Numbered from the stretch's first letter, positions 1-9,851 are shown. The stretch is 64,000 nucleotides of DNA from a virus (IMGVR_UViG_3300035670_000014:106949-170948); one strand, 5' to 3'. The notes: generated from the sequence alone by a model not told the origin. Translations and numbers: made by a program.

Positions 1-795
1 AATAACATCAGGCTTGTTGTATTTAGTTTGTTGACTCTTAGGATTCCAAAGGAATGATTCTCCCTTTGGGTTCCATACTTCGTTGATCTTATGAAGCTGC
101 TCACTATGGGTGAGCATTATGACTTCACAAGCAAGTTGATCTTTGGCCTTCTGAGATAAAGTTGAATCAATAAGCTGGAAAAGCTTAATCCAGTCCTGCC
201 TGGCACCAGGATAAAGAATCACCGGACTAAAGTTCAAGTGAACTTCATAGCCGGCATCAACAAGTTGATTGATTGCATTTATTCTTGCTGATATTTGACT
301 AGTCCTGATGTCAACATATTGGGATATAGATTGAGGCATAAGGCTATACCTTATCCTTACCCTATCCCCAGGATCAAAAGCCAGTAGAGGGGCAATATTG
401 ACCGTTTTAGTAGCAAAGCTAACCTTAGCATTCTCGCTGTGCTTAACAGCTTCCATTATTTCCAGTGGAATGTTGGAAATCATAAGGTCAAGGCTTACAT
501 CATTGTTATTACCAATGTCATAAGTCCAATACTTGGAATCACACTGATTAGGTTCAAGCTTAGGACCCAAAGAGTTAGAATGAGAAATTATAGAATCTAT
601 AACATCATCTGTATTAACAAATATAGTAACAGGATTAGAACCACCCTTTCTACGAGCCGTATAACAGTTGTGAGTTAGAATATTTTCAGCAAAATAATTT
701 TCATAAACAGGAACATGGAAATTATAAACAGTCGTATTTTTTTCAATTTTCTTTATACTTTGAATTTTAGAAAACTTAGGAGTTTTAAGTTGCAT
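1..795 (-). CDS. Split-intein C-half (43 aa) fused to C-extein of spore photoproduct lyase-family radical SAM protein; runs off window edge
   Basis: Not in ORF track (no stop in window). Manual translation from ATG 795: MQLKTPKFSKIQSIKKIEKNTTVYNFHVPVYENYFAENILTHN|CYTARRKGGSNPVTIFVN...SFATKTVN...RIRYSLMP...DIRTS...AGYEVHLNFSPVI...LACEVIMLTH; intein block F/G ending HN-C at 672-664. Confidence 0.9.
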   Translation of the reverse strand, partial: MQLKTPKFSKIQSIKKIEKNTTVYNFHVPVYENYFAENILTHNCYTARRKGGSNPVTIFVNTDDVIDSIISHSNSLGPKLEPNQCDSKYWTYDIGNNNDVSLDLMISNIPLEIMEAVKHSENAKVSFATKTVNIAPLLAFDPGDRVRIRYSLMPQSISQYVDIRTSQISARINAINQLVDAGYEVHLNFSPVILYPGARQDWIKLFQLIDSTLSQKAKDQLACEVIMLTHSEQLHKINEVWNPKGESFLWNPKSQQTKYNKPDVI

Positions 796-1626
796 AACTG
801 TTCTGTTTGTGGAAAGTTTACTAATAAAAAATGCTGTGAAGAAAAAGTATTCCTAGAGAAAGGTTTAGTATTTAACTATCACAGTGAAGCTGCAAGATAT
901 TTTAATGTAGATTCAAGATATGCAAAAAGAAAACTCTATAATGTAAACTATACTTTAAGTGAAATAAAAATAACAAAAAACAGCAAACTAGTTAATTGTA
1001 AAATTTGCAATCAATCATCAATAACTTCAAAATGTAGAGCTGGATATTGTAAAAATTGCTCTCGTAAAGGATTAGGTAAGAAAACTAGAGGAATAGAATT
1101 AAGAAATAAATACCTTGGAGAGAAAAATCCAAACTTTAAAGATGGTAAAGCAAGGCAGTCGATAAGAAACAGACATGAATGGAAAGAAATAAGAAAAGAA
1201 ATTCTTTCAGAAAGACAATGCTGTGAAGTAAGTGGACATAGTAAATACTTACATCTTCATCATATATTGCCAGTTTGCTTATTTCCACAATATTCATTAG
1301 AAAAATGGAACATTATTGTTCTTCAGGCTAATCTACACATAGAAGTTCATCGTCAAGATTTAGATATTGTGCTTCTACCCAACCTCTGTTCTTTGTATAA
1401 AGAGGATGTTCACCTGATACGCGAAGAGTTCGTCCGTCAACTGAAATTTCATAAATTTCACTTACTTGACGAGATGCCAAATGAAAAGCTTGAGCTACTA
1501 AAGGAGAACCAGAATTGGTATCGTAAGAAATTACATCTGATCCCGATAGAATTTGTTCTACAGGAATTTGGCCACTTGGAGTGGATATCAAAGTTCCTTC
1601 TTCCACGCAGTAGAGGCAAGAACTAA
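715..1626 (+). CDS. HNH homing endonuclease, antisense between and overlapping the split-intein halves
   Basis: CxxC pairs, GEKNPNFKDGK (NUMOD3-like), CEVSG...LHLHHILP...NIIVL...HIEVH HNH signature; start codon uncertain. Confidence 0.8.
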   Translation: MEIINSRIFFNFLYTLNFRKLRSFKLHNCSVCGKFTNKKCCEEKVFLEKGLVFNYHSEAARYFNVDSRYAKRKLYNVNYTLSEIKITKNSKLVNCKICNQSSITSKCRAGYCKNCSRKGLGKKTRGIELRNKYLGEKNPNFKDGKARQSIRNRHEWKEIRKEILSERQCCEVSGHSKYLHLHHILPVCLFPQYSLEKWNIIVLQANLHIEVHRQDLDIVLLPNLCSLYKEDVHLIREEFVRQLKFHKFHLLDEMPNEKLELLKENQNWYRKKLHLIPIEFVLQEFGHLEWISKFLLPRSRGKN

Positions 1627-1918
1627 AACAGCCGTTTGCATGAGACGGCGGAATAAAATCAGTTGACCTTCCAGAATCAGTCATTGCCATATTAGACATA
1701 CGACCAATAACAAGAACATGTCTTTTATTTGCTATCCAATCTACAGGATCGGCCTTAGCTAAATCTGGAATAAGCCAGTGATTCTTAACATATTTAACTT
1801 CATAGTTAGAGCCAGAATCTGCAAGCTTTTGACAGATTGATGTGATTCTAGATATTTCCTTTTCACTATAATTACAATTCTGTATATAAAGAGTATTTAT
1901 ATCACTCAGTTTAATCAC
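1328..1918 (-). CDS. N-extein of spore photoproduct lyase-family radical SAM protein fused to split-intein N-half (93 aa)
   Basis: HWLIPDL...KRHVLVIG...GRSTDFIPPSHANGCFSSCLY then intein block A CVEEGTLISTPSGQIPVEQI (starts 1609), block B LRVSGEHPLYT, GWVEAQYL, stop; probable GTG start 1918 after AAGGGGA. Confidence 0.9.
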   Translation of the reverse strand: MIKLSDINTLYIQNCNYSEKEISRITSICQKLADSGSNYEVKYVKNHWLIPDLAKADPVDWIANKRHVLVIGRMSNMAMTDSGRSTDFIPPSHANGCFSSCLYCVEEGTLISTPSGQIPVEQILSGSDVISYDTNSGSPLVAQAFHLASRQVSEIYEISVDGRTLRVSGEHPLYTKNRGWVEAQYLNLDDELLCVD

Positions 1919-1941
1919 TAGGTCCCCTTGGTTGGTATTAA

Positions 1942-1960
1942 GAAAAGGCCCCAAGGGGCC
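1942..1960 (-). terminator. Short GC hairpin plus T-tract, probable intrinsic terminator
   Basis: Minus strand GGCCCC-TT-GGGGCC-TTTT. Confidence 0.45.
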
Positions 1961-1968
1961 AGATAGAG

Positions 1969-2517
1969 TTAAGACTGATACTCAGCAAGTAAATTCCTTA
2001 CACGCTGAATTTCTTCTAGTGTATGAGGAGTACCTGTAGCGTTGATTCGTAGGTATAACATTAGCCGATCTGCAGGACTTAGGTCAACATACATAATCTT
2101 AACTTCCGTCTTGCGATATAGCTGTCGAATGTCCTTATCATCAAACTCATGTACATAAATGTTCTCGCCGGTAGTCGGTTCGATTGCCGGGATGTTACCA
2201 AGCATCCAATGGTACAGCGAAAAGAGCCGATGTTGCCCATCAATGATCTCCATATGATCATCGTAGATGTTTCGATTGATCCAGCATGGAGGACAGAATC
2301 CTCCAGTAATCATACTTCCGACAAAAGCACTAGCTTGATATACAGTCCAAGTATGATTTCGTTGATAGTCAGGGACTACCCACTTTCGATTAGGATCATC
2401 TGGACTACCTGCAAATCCCTTTTGTATCTCAAACAAGTTAGCATGCGACTCAACAACAAAAGGCAATGGTTTAAAGATAGAATCAAATGATCTTTTGATT
2501 AGAGTTGAAGCTGTCAT
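1969..2517 (-). CDS. DUF262 (ParB/Srx-fold, GmrS-like) domain protein
   Basis: PDYQRNHTW, IIDGQHRL, RINATGTP motifs. Confidence 0.8.
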   Translation of the reverse strand: MTASTLIKRSFDSIFKPLPFVVESHANLFEIQKGFAGSPDDPNRKWVVPDYQRNHTWTVYQASAFVGSMITGGFCPPCWINRNIYDDHMEIIDGQHRLFSLYHWMLGNIPAIEPTTGENIYVHEFDDKDIRQLYRKTEVKIMYVDLSPADRLMLYLRINATGTPHTLEEIQRVRNLLAEYQS

Positions 2518-2527
2518 GTTTTAGATT

Positions 2528-2851
2528 TTAGCCTTTAATTTTAGTATTTAAAGCACTAATATTTGTTCTTTCAGGGATAGAAGTACTATACCAAGTACTA
2601 TATTCATCTAGAATATAAGATAGAGAATTAATAAATAAAGATATAGAAGGATCGAAACTATAAGTATTATCAAGAGTCATACTTAAGCCTAGATTTGAAA
2701 TTCTATATCTTGCATAAAGAACTCTATCAATAAAAATGCTTAACTCTCCGGTACCATAGTCTTCAAATAAGATTCCTGAATCTTGGTACTTGAAGAAGTA
2801 TGAAAAGAGTTTCTGAGTTACAGTTCTGCTTATAGGTAAAGTTTTACTCAT
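2528..2851 (-). CDS. hypothetical protein
   Basis: ORF with AAGG RBS in minus-strand run. Confidence 0.55.
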   Translation of the reverse strand: MSKTLPISRTVTQKLFSYFFKYQDSGILFEDYGTGELSIFIDRVLYARYRISNLGLSMTLDNTYSFDPSISLFINSLSYILDEYSTWYSTSIPERTNISALNTKIKG

Positions 2852-2883
2852 TTTTACCTTAATATAGGTTAGATTTAGTTAAG

Positions 2884-2958
2884 TACGCCTGGAAGGATTC
2901 GAACCTCCGACCGATCGGGTAGAAACCGATTGCTGCTATCCAACTGAGCTACAGGCGC
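2884..2958 (-). tRNA. tRNA-Arg(TCT)
   Basis: GCGCCTG/CAGGCGT acceptor, ATCGG-TTTCTAC-CCGAT anticodon arm, GGTTCGAATCC T-arm. Confidence 0.9.
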
Positions 2959-2994
2959 ATGAATAATGGCACTTAATATAAATTAAGTTAAGAT

Positions 2995-3348
2995 TTAGTG
3001 GTCAGGATAGTAGAGCATATCCTCAAAGAGATAAGGATCATCAAACGGCTCTTCTTGGGTAATAGAGCCATCAGGGTGAACTTCAAAGTGATCATGAATT
3101 GACCAAATTGAAGAATCGTTTACCAGAGCTCTAAGGTGCTTAAGGATTTGAGCATCCGTAAGCTGATTGCATGCTACATCTTCAAGAAAGATAGAAAAGT
3201 CAATTGACTTATCGCCCTTAATTGACCTGATATAGGGTGCCCTGACGTAGATTACAATTTCAGCATCTAAATCTACAGCAAGTTTACGGGCATATTCAAA
3301 TGCCTCAGACTTAGTAGTAAAAGTATTACCATTAACTAAATACTTCAT
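2995..3348 (-). CDS. hypothetical protein
   Basis: ORF with GAGG RBS. Confidence 0.65.
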   Translation of the reverse strand: MKYLVNGNTFTTKSEAFEYARKLAVDLDAEIVIYVRAPYIRSIKGDKSIDFSIFLEDVACNQLTDAQILKHLRALVNDSSIWSIHDHFEVHPDGSITQEEPFDDPYLFEDMLYYPDH

Positions 3349-3366
3349 AAGGTAACCTCTAAGGGT

Positions 3367-3585
3367 TTAGTTGAAAGATGTAAGTATATCTTGCACGTCA
3401 AGGAGGCAATCAATAGTATCCTGATGGGTAGGATTACTCATTTTCATAAGTAAGTCTATTCTATCAAGAGCTTTAGTGATTGTAGACCTGATAGGGCTAC
3501 CATTTATTTTCATTTCAGTTACAGCTTTAATCAAAGCCGAAATATCTTCAGGAGATAAAGCAAACCTGTAGTCGGTTTCGGTCAT
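3367..3585 (-). CDS. hypothetical protein
   Basis: ORF with GGGGA RBS. Confidence 0.6.
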   Translation of the reverse strand: MTETDYRFALSPEDISALIKAVTEMKINGSPIRSTITKALDRIDLLMKMSNPTHQDTIDCLLDVQDILTSFN

Positions 3586-3661
3586 AGTTCCCCTATTATT
3601 TTAGAAATAAAAGCCCAACTAAACCCAAGATTAAAAGGATCTAGTTGGGCAGTTATTTGAA

Positions 3662-4063
3662 TTATTCTGAGTCAGACTCAGAAGACTCCAGAGCACCTAG
3701 CATGGGGAGTGCAGAACGCACACTTTCCATGAGGGGCTCGGCTACATCACGTCCTACAGCCTCAGATACAAGACTTGCAGCCTGACGGGCTGTACGAGCA
3801 GTACGACCAGTAATTAGGTTTGTATCTGCTGCCATTGACAGAGCCATAGCACCAAGAAGCTTAACAGCAGCACGGCCGTAAGGATTCTCGAGAACTACAT
3901 CTGCACTTTCACCAAGTAGGCCACGGCCTACCTGAATAGCAACTTCTGATGCCTGATTGGCAACACCGACCTTGACTCCGTGACGGAGGCCAGAGGCGAT
4001 TGACTCAAGAGAATTTGAAACTGGTGAACTGCCAGGAGCAGTTCCGATAGTGATTGTAGCCAT
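3662..4063 (-). CDS. hypothetical Ala/Gly-rich protein (likely start MATITIG)
   Basis: ORF followed by terminator-like hairpin 3607-3650. Confidence 0.65.
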   Translation of the reverse strand: MATITIGTAPGSSPVSNSLESIASGLRHGVKVGVANQASEVAIQVGRGLLGESADVVLENPYGRAAVKLLGAMALSMAADTNLITGRTARTARQAASLVSEAVGRDVAEPLMESVRSALPMLGALESSESDSE

Positions 4064-4505
4064 TTGTTTATTTTTCCATGGAGGTTGTTTTAGTATGAAT
4101 TTTATATAAGAATAGACTTGTCTGATCAAGTAAGATTTTAATACTTGTCTGTATTTAAATAATAAGACACGGGTTTACTTAATTAGACAATTTGAACTTT
4201 TAGTAAGATTAGTACCCGACTAGTGCTTTGTTTTAGCTTTTCTATTATTTTTTGTTCTAGTCGTGGGTGAATCTATAGTCTTACTATTAGTTCTTTGATC
4301 TACGCTTGTTGCAAGAATCCGATTGATCAAATTGGATCCAAGCTCAATCAAATTAAAACGGACCGAAAAGGTGGCGGGGCCAACCTTTAGAGTTGTAATG
4401 TTACTAAGTCTGTTGTTTTTTAACATAAGCATATCCTGGTAGGACTTACACTACAGATTGCCGGAACGGCAACAGGGCAGTTAAGCAAGTTTCCTTTAGG
4501 AAAAT

Positions 4506-4793
4506 CTACTTAGAAATTTCAATTTGGCCATTGAGAATGCAAACAATGGGATTGATAGATCTAGATAGTATGCCATTAAATGTCTCTTCGGTCATTGAAA
4601 CAAACTTCGCAGATTTAGGTAAGCAATCTGTAAGTTTAATTTCGTTAAGGTGAAAAGCATATATAGATTGTGTTCCATCTTGTGCTCTTAGAATCAGGTG
4701 GTAATTTTTAGCTGATAAGTTGGATAAAAATGAAATATCATTAGTTTTAGAATGGGAAAAGTAACTATTGGCAAGTTTTATCGAATGATGCAT
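4506..4793 (-). CDS. hypothetical protein
   Basis: ORF packed directly after HD gene. Confidence 0.55.
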   Translation of the reverse strand: MHHSIKLANSYFSHSKTNDISFLSNLSAKNYHLILRAQDGTQSIYAFHLNEIKLTDCLPKSAKFVSMTEETFNGILSRSINPIVCILNGQIEISK

Positions 4794-4803
4794 TTTTAAC
4801 CTA

Positions 4804-5592
4804 CTAACTTAAGATTAACACTCGTCTATTCCATCGAGATAAGAAAGGAGTAGCTTGTTGGTTTTCTTTGTATTCCGTAATAAAGGAATGGGACAAACCA
4901 TAGCAATCTTGAAGAAAGGACATTACTTCAACCTCCGAAGGAGGGTTGGCTTTTATATCAAGAATATTAGACTTAAATATAGGTCTTTTTATAAGATACT
5001 TATTAACTAAAGTGCCTGACTCAAAGTATGGTTCAAGACTGAATTTGATTGCATAAAATGTTGAACAGAAAGCCTGATAAATAATATCAACCTTTTCATC
5101 TTTAACTTCATTTTTTAGATCAAATCCTGGTAAAGGAATGACTAAATCTTCAAAATGAAAAGCTAAATTATCAACTTTATGTACTAAATCATTAGCTTTG
5201 ATTCCTAAGTGATTATAGAATGAAAGCCTAAGATTCTCAATTGCCAGGTGGGCATTGTCACTCAGATGCTTTTTAACAGGAGTAATAATGTCACCAGTAA
5301 CAGATTCTTCTACATCATGAAAGAGGCATTCATCTATAAAATCTTCATAGATTACTTGGCCCTTTCTGTTTAAGACAACATTCATTGCACTAAACATCTT
5401 AGTAGCAATGAGGTAGCAGAATATACAATGCTGAAGTACACTGTACTCAGCTCTTTGGCCAGCAAATCTGTTAATTCTACTTAAAGTTGCTTCAATAAGC
5501 TCAGGCTCAACTTCTTCAACAAATTTCCTGATTTGACTGTTATCAAATAAATCAAAGTGAGAATAGTTGAGACCATTTAGTATAAATGGCAT
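4804..5592 (-). CDS. HD-domain phosphohydrolase (YfbR/YfdR-like 5'-deoxynucleotidase)
   Basis: LSRINRFAG...YSVLQHC...LFHDVEESVTGDIITPVK. Confidence 0.85.
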   Translation of the reverse strand: MPFILNGLNYSHFDLFDNSQIRKFVEEVEPELIEATLSRINRFAGQRAEYSVLQHCIFCYLIATKMFSAMNVVLNRKGQVIYEDFIDECLFHDVEESVTGDIITPVKKHLSDNAHLAIENLRLSFYNHLGIKANDLVHKVDNLAFHFEDLVIPLPGFDLKNEVKDEKVDIIYQAFCSTFYAIKFSLEPYFESGTLVNKYLIKRPIFKSNILDIKANPPSEVEVMSFLQDCYGLSHSFITEYKENQQATPFLSRWNRRVLILS

Positions 5593-5621
5593 TATCCAGG
5601 TCTCCAGGATTGTAGAGTAAG

Positions 5622-6263
5622 TTAAGATTCTTCCATTGAAAGAAACTCTACATTATTCATTTTGTGTTTAATTGTAGACTTCAAGTTTGGAAAAACTTCA
5701 AGTACCTGATCAATAAGCTGCATTCTGACTTTAGACCTAAGACCAGATGAATCAAAGTTAGTAGGCTCCTCAAAGTAAGGAACGCCTTTTCTATCGCACC
5801 AAGAGATTAGTTCAATCTTTGGAGTTGAAAGAACAGGCCTGGAAATGCCCATAGAATGATTTACAGTGGGCATTAGCTTGGGATTGCCTCCAGAGAATGA
5901 AGACATAATCCAAGTTTCTACTTGATCATCCAGGTTGTGAGCAGTATGAACGTAAGCCATATCATACTGTCTCCTTAGAGCAGAGAAAGCAGAATACCTC
6001 TCATTTCTCCAGTATTCGTACCAAGATTCAGATGATTTCTTGGAAGATTGATTCTTGGAGCAATGAAGTGTGATCTTGCGATCATTACAATAAGATTCAA
6101 CTAAATCTTGTAGATAGTTACAAGAATCTGCACCATGATTATGGTGAAAAGCTATTACTTGTTTCTTTCGAGAAAGAAAATCAAGTAATGCCATTGAATC
6201 AGGACCGCCGCTGACAGCAACAAGAACACTATTATTTGGAGTTGGCCGAAGGAGTTTGATCAC
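5622..6263 (-). CDS. tilS: tRNA(Ile)-lysidine synthase, PP-loop catalytic domain only
   Basis: VAVSGGPDSMALL, RNERY, TAHNLDDQVET, RPVL, PTN...RSKVR. Confidence 0.85.
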   Translation of the reverse strand: MIKLLRPTPNNSVLVAVSGGPDSMALLDFLSRKKQVIAFHHNHGADSCNYLQDLVESYCNDRKITLHCSKNQSSKKSSESWYEYWRNERYSAFSALRRQYDMAYVHTAHNLDDQVETWIMSSFSGGNPKLMPTVNHSMGISRPVLSTPKIELISWCDRKGVPYFEEPTNFDSSGLRSKVRMQLIDQVLEVFPNLKSTIKHKMNNVEFLSMEES

Positions 6264-6442
6264 ATCAACACTCTTAGGGTTATAAGATTTAAACTTAAAA
6301 TAAAGACCCCATAATAAAACATGGCTCTATAAGTTATATGTTTAGGAGTAAAAAAAATAACAACTAAAGCTGCAAATAACAATACAAAAACGTATAGATT
6401 AGTCACAAAGCTAAGCATGATTAATTTCCTAGATACATACAT
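6260..6442 (-). CDS. small two-TM membrane protein
   Basis: Two hydrophobic stretches; overlaps neighbours operon-style. Confidence 0.45.
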   Translation of the reverse strand: MYVSRKLIMLSFVTNLYVFVLLFAALVVIFFTPKHITYRAMFYYGVFILSLNLITLRVLM

Positions 6443-6801
6443 GACCAGGTTTGATCATTATTAGAATAGAAGACTCTTCTTATTCCGACGTATCTAAGGG
6501 CATTTTCACACATAGAGCAGGGCTTACTGTTGGCAAGTTTATCATTGGAGACTAATCTTGCAACGTAAACATCTGCTCCCCTTGTAACTTTAATATCAAC
6601 GTTTAAGATTAAAGCAAGCTCAGCATGGCATGAAGCAAAGTATTTATTTTCTCTAAATCTAGCACCAAAGCTTGAAAAGCCAGGTTGATTAAAAGAAGTC
6701 TTATATACTTTACCGCCCTTATATAGAGCGGCACCATGGCGCATTCTAAAGTTAGAATCTAAAGCTGCCAGAGTGGCAGCGCGAATAGGTGCCTTTTTCA
6801 T
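6421..6801 (-). CDS. Zn-dependent cytidine/dCMP deaminase family protein
   Basis: RHGAAL, CHAELAL, SKPCSMC motifs. Confidence 0.85.
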   Translation of the reverse strand: MKKAPIRAATLAALDSNFRMRHGAALYKGGKVYKTSFNQPGFSSFGARFRENKYFASCHAELALILNVDIKVTRGADVYVARLVSNDKLANSKPCSMCENALRYVGIRRVFYSNNDQTWSCMYLGN

Positions 6802-6810
6802 AAGGGTAGT

Positions 6811-7659
6811 TTAATGCATAGAATCTGGTTCAGTATTTGGGCTTTTGACTGAAGTAGGAGAATTAATCTCCCAATTGTTAGTTAAGCGATCAGAATCCTG
6901 AAGCCAAAGTTCGTAGATGTACTCGTTGAGAGACGGGTAGTCAGCACCTTCAAGATTGAAAATCATACACTTGTAGTAGTAAAACGCATACCTAACAAAA
7001 GTCAAAGCAAAGGGAATGAAATCCAAATAATTCCAATACTCAAGCTCAAGCTCAATGCTTGGTTCATTGTTCTGGAGATTAGGATTATAGGTTCCACCTT
7101 CTCTACTATTCAGGATTTCTCTAGATTCTGTTTCTGCGAATTTAAAATACTGAGAAAGATAAGGAGTAACAATATCGGGAATGTTATAAATGGAAAAATA
7201 TGTATGGCCATTTCGACTATAGTCTCTTGCAAGGGAGTAAGACAAAGCCAGCAAGAAGCAAGCATGTCTAGTGTGCAAAACTGGCCTATTGAGATTGTCA
7301 ATATTACTGATGGTGATTGTATCTTCCTCTTCCTCGGCGTCGAAGAATGTAAAAGATTCAATTACGCCACTATGCTTGTAGTTGAAAACTACATCGCCCT
7401 TATTAAGATTAAGGGCTGCCTGATTTTGTCCCTTAATTCTTGAAGGAGTATCGTTGGTAGAGCAACGAGACAAAGAAACTAGCTTGCTATTTTCACTATG
7501 GGGAGCCATGCAGAAAGTGTAAACATGCTCACCCATGCTTACATATTCCTCAATAACACAAGAAGTGTATTCGTACTCAGGAAACAACCTATGCTTCGAT
7601 GCATAGCGATCAAGTGTACGGGACATTGACAAGAACTCATCATTATTTTTATGTGTCAT
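6811..7659 (-). CDS. hypothetical protein
   Basis: 282-aa ORF in packed operon. Confidence 0.7.
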   Translation of the reverse strand: MTHKNNDEFLSMSRTLDRYASKHRLFPEYEYTSCVIEEYVSMGEHVYTFCMAPHSENSKLVSLSRCSTNDTPSRIKGQNQAALNLNKGDVVFNYKHSGVIESFTFFDAEEEEDTITISNIDNLNRPVLHTRHACFLLALSYSLARDYSRNGHTYFSIYNIPDIVTPYLSQYFKFAETESREILNSREGGTYNPNLQNNEPSIELELEYWNYLDFIPFALTFVRYAFYYYKCMIFNLEGADYPSLNEYIYELWLQDSDRLTNNWEINSPTSVKSPNTEPDSMH

Positions 7660-7661
7660 TT

Positions 7662-8342
7662 TTACTTACAGGTTAAGAGTACAAAGAAACCAGGAGGAAC
7701 TTCATTTGGCAAGTAAATATAACTATGCTCATGAAGTATACCTAAAAATAAAAGTCCGCCAGAGTCTAGTGTATAAGAGCCCTGCATCTCGTCTTCTAAG
7801 AAGTATAAATCCACATCAACTAAAGATTTGCCATCTTGAGGAATCCATAGTAAATATGAATTATGCTGAATAGGCTTCTCATAGGGCTTATCTGGTTTTC
7901 TGTCGTGTGAAGCAGGCAAGCTCAGAGTTAGAGCCTTGCAAGATTCAATAACTGAGACTGAATAGCAAATATTTCTATTCCCCATCATTCCATCAATGAC
8001 ACCAATAAGTGCCATAAATGGGATTGGAATGGGGTCAAAGTAAGACTCAGAAGAGAGTGCCCACCAATTAGAAGAGTCAAAATAAAGTTCACTTCCAAAA
8101 AATAGGGAGTTAACTTCAAAGTAACTATTATCTGGCAAGGGCCAGTCAATAATACTATATTCTAATCTCTCCAAATAAGACTTAAGCCATGATTCCATTT
8201 CAAATGGAATGTGGCCTCTATAAAGGTCAAAGGCATACTTCTCAACTTCAATGCTTTCATTGTAATCAAAAAGTACATCTTGAAGAGAGAGTGATATTTC
8301 TCTATCAGAAAATCTACTTTCTGATTTGATTGGATCCCTCAT
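7662..8342 (-). CDS. hypothetical protein
   Basis: 226-aa ORF, ATGA overlap with upstream gene. Confidence 0.7.
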   Translation of the reverse strand: MRDPIKSESRFSDREISLSLQDVLFDYNESIEVEKYAFDLYRGHIPFEMESWLKSYLERLEYSIIDWPLPDNSYFEVNSLFFGSELYFDSSNWWALSSESYFDPIPIPFMALIGVIDGMMGNRNICYSVSVIESCKALTLSLPASHDRKPDKPYEKPIQHNSYLLWIPQDGKSLVDVDLYFLEDEMQGSYTLDSGGLLFLGILHEHSYIYLPNEVPPGFFVLLTCK

Positions 8343-9499
8343 AGTGTAAAGTACTCCATCTTTTTGTTTACTTTAAACGAGTCAAAGTTATCAATTATTG
8401 ACTTAACTTCTTCAGCAAACTTGGCTTTCCTGTAATAGCTTATTGGAATAATGGTACATCCAGCACAAGATTGAAAGTCACCTGATAGCAAGTTATACTG
8501 CTTCTCTAAGGTTTCCATAAGCAAGTTAGAGTCAATGAAGTATCCTCTATCAGAATACTTTTTGACTCTTACATGAAAGTTAAGAATATTAGAATGATAA
8601 GGATTTATAACTAAAGTTTTCGACTCATTGTCTTCATAGAATGAATCAACGCAATTGACTTCACCATTGTAATAGTAGGCACTTACACAAGTAAAGTCAT
8701 AGGTTTCAATCAAGTTATAAGGAGAAAGTATAAGTCTCCTAAGAGGATTTAACATGTAATAATGAGTAAAAACTTGCTGTGATGGAGTACGAACTTTAGA
8801 AAAGAAATATGAATAAAACACTGAAATTATGTATTCAAGCTTTTCCTCGGGGAATGGAAGATTGAAAGAATTAATTTTACTGCTAAGAGTAGTAAAAGAA
8901 AGATCTCCTATAGGAGTAATTAATGTATCGTCAGTATCTGGGGTCAAATTAGAAACAGTAAAGAAATAATCAATAGGTTTTTCTGGAGGAAAAATATTCA
9001 TCAGAGATTTAGAATTAAGTGCTATTACCTGAATGTGTACAGATTCAATTTCACTTAAAACAACCTCCAAAGAGATTAGTCCAGAATTTCTAAGTTCCTG
9101 ATTTCTATTTACACCAGCTGTATCTTCAAAAAAAGTAGAAACAATATAAGTATCTACTTTATCTTCAGATTTAGAGTTATTAGAATGAATCTTAAGCTTA
9201 GAGTTAGGATATTTCTCAGCAATAAATTCAATCAAGAGCTTAAAAATAAATCCTCTTCCATTAGGAGTATAAGAGAAGCTTAAGTCCATAATGTATAAGT
9301 CCCAGTCATTAACTGGAGTATCATTCCATACGGAAGTTAGACTGCCACCTGATAAAGCCAAAGCTGGGTAAGAAGATTCACCTAAAAAATCTTTAAATTT
9401 AGAATATTCAATAATAGGATTAACAACTTCAGCGAAGTGTTTATTTTTATTAAGTTTATCTAACAGAATTTTGTTGTTAGCTTGTTTCTCAAAATACAT
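8339..9499 (-). CDS. Pol-beta-superfamily nucleotidyltransferase-like protein (polyA pol/CCA-like)
   Basis: LSGGSLTS...VNDWDLYI, ETYDFTC, RVKKYSDRGY. Confidence 0.65.
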   Translation of the reverse strand: MYFEKQANNKILLDKLNKNKHFAEVVNPIIEYSKFKDFLGESSYPALALSGGSLTSVWNDTPVNDWDLYIMDLSFSYTPNGRGFIFKLLIEFIAEKYPNSKLKIHSNNSKSEDKVDTYIVSTFFEDTAGVNRNQELRNSGLISLEVVLSEIESVHIQVIALNSKSLMNIFPPEKPIDYFFTVSNLTPDTDDTLITPIGDLSFTTLSSKINSFNLPFPEEKLEYIISVFYSYFFSKVRTPSQQVFTHYYMLNPLRRLILSPYNLIETYDFTCVSAYYYNGEVNCVDSFYEDNESKTLVINPYHSNILNFHVRVKKYSDRGYFIDSNLLMETLEKQYNLLSGDFQSCAGCTIIPISYYRKAKFAEEVKSIIDNFDSFKVNKKMEYFTL

Positions 9500-9531
9500 T
9501 CAGTTAGTCCTACTATTGATATAGTTTAAAG

Positions 9532-9750
9532 TTAAAGTTTCTTATTTATTTCAAGGATGTTATCTTGGAGATCAGATATAGCTTGCCATAGCATTTTAAT
9601 TTCTTCATCAGAAGAGCTCCTATTGCTCATTAGCTGAGGAAACTCAGGAACAAATACCATTGACACTTCATTCTGGAAGATGCTTTGATAAATCCAGCCG
9701 TTGGGAACTTTAAAGCGAGCCAAATATTTGTCTACTTTTTCGTATTCCAT
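9532..9750 (-). CDS. hypothetical protein
   Basis: RFKVPNGWIY...SMVFVP small phage-type protein, GAGGG RBS. Confidence 0.65.
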   Translation of the reverse strand: MEYEKVDKYLARFKVPNGWIYQSIFQNEVSMVFVPEFPQLMSNRSSSDEEIKMLWQAISDLQDNILEINKKL

Positions 9751-9778
9751 TTACCCTCTTAGATTGCGATTGGAGCAA

Positions 9779-9851
9779 TGTATCTGTCGGGACTCGAACC
9801 CGAAATCAGTAAATTAAAAGTTTACTGCCTTACCAATTAGGCCACAGATAC
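9779..9851 (-). tRNA. tRNA-Lys(TTT)
   Basis: GTATCTG/CAGATAC acceptor, GTAAA-CTTTTAA-TTTAC anticodon arm. Confidence 0.9.

Noticed and set aside
439-678. 79-aa plus-strand ORF
   Set aside because: Antisense to the SPL C-extein
796-1327. Group I intron explaining the SPL gene interruption
   Set aside because: Both halves have intein signatures with their own start and stop; the interval is fully HNH-coding on the other strand with no intron core seen
4804-5592. DatZ / 2-aminoadenine genome pathway
   Set aside because: A generic HD hydrolase; no PurZ or MazZ in this window
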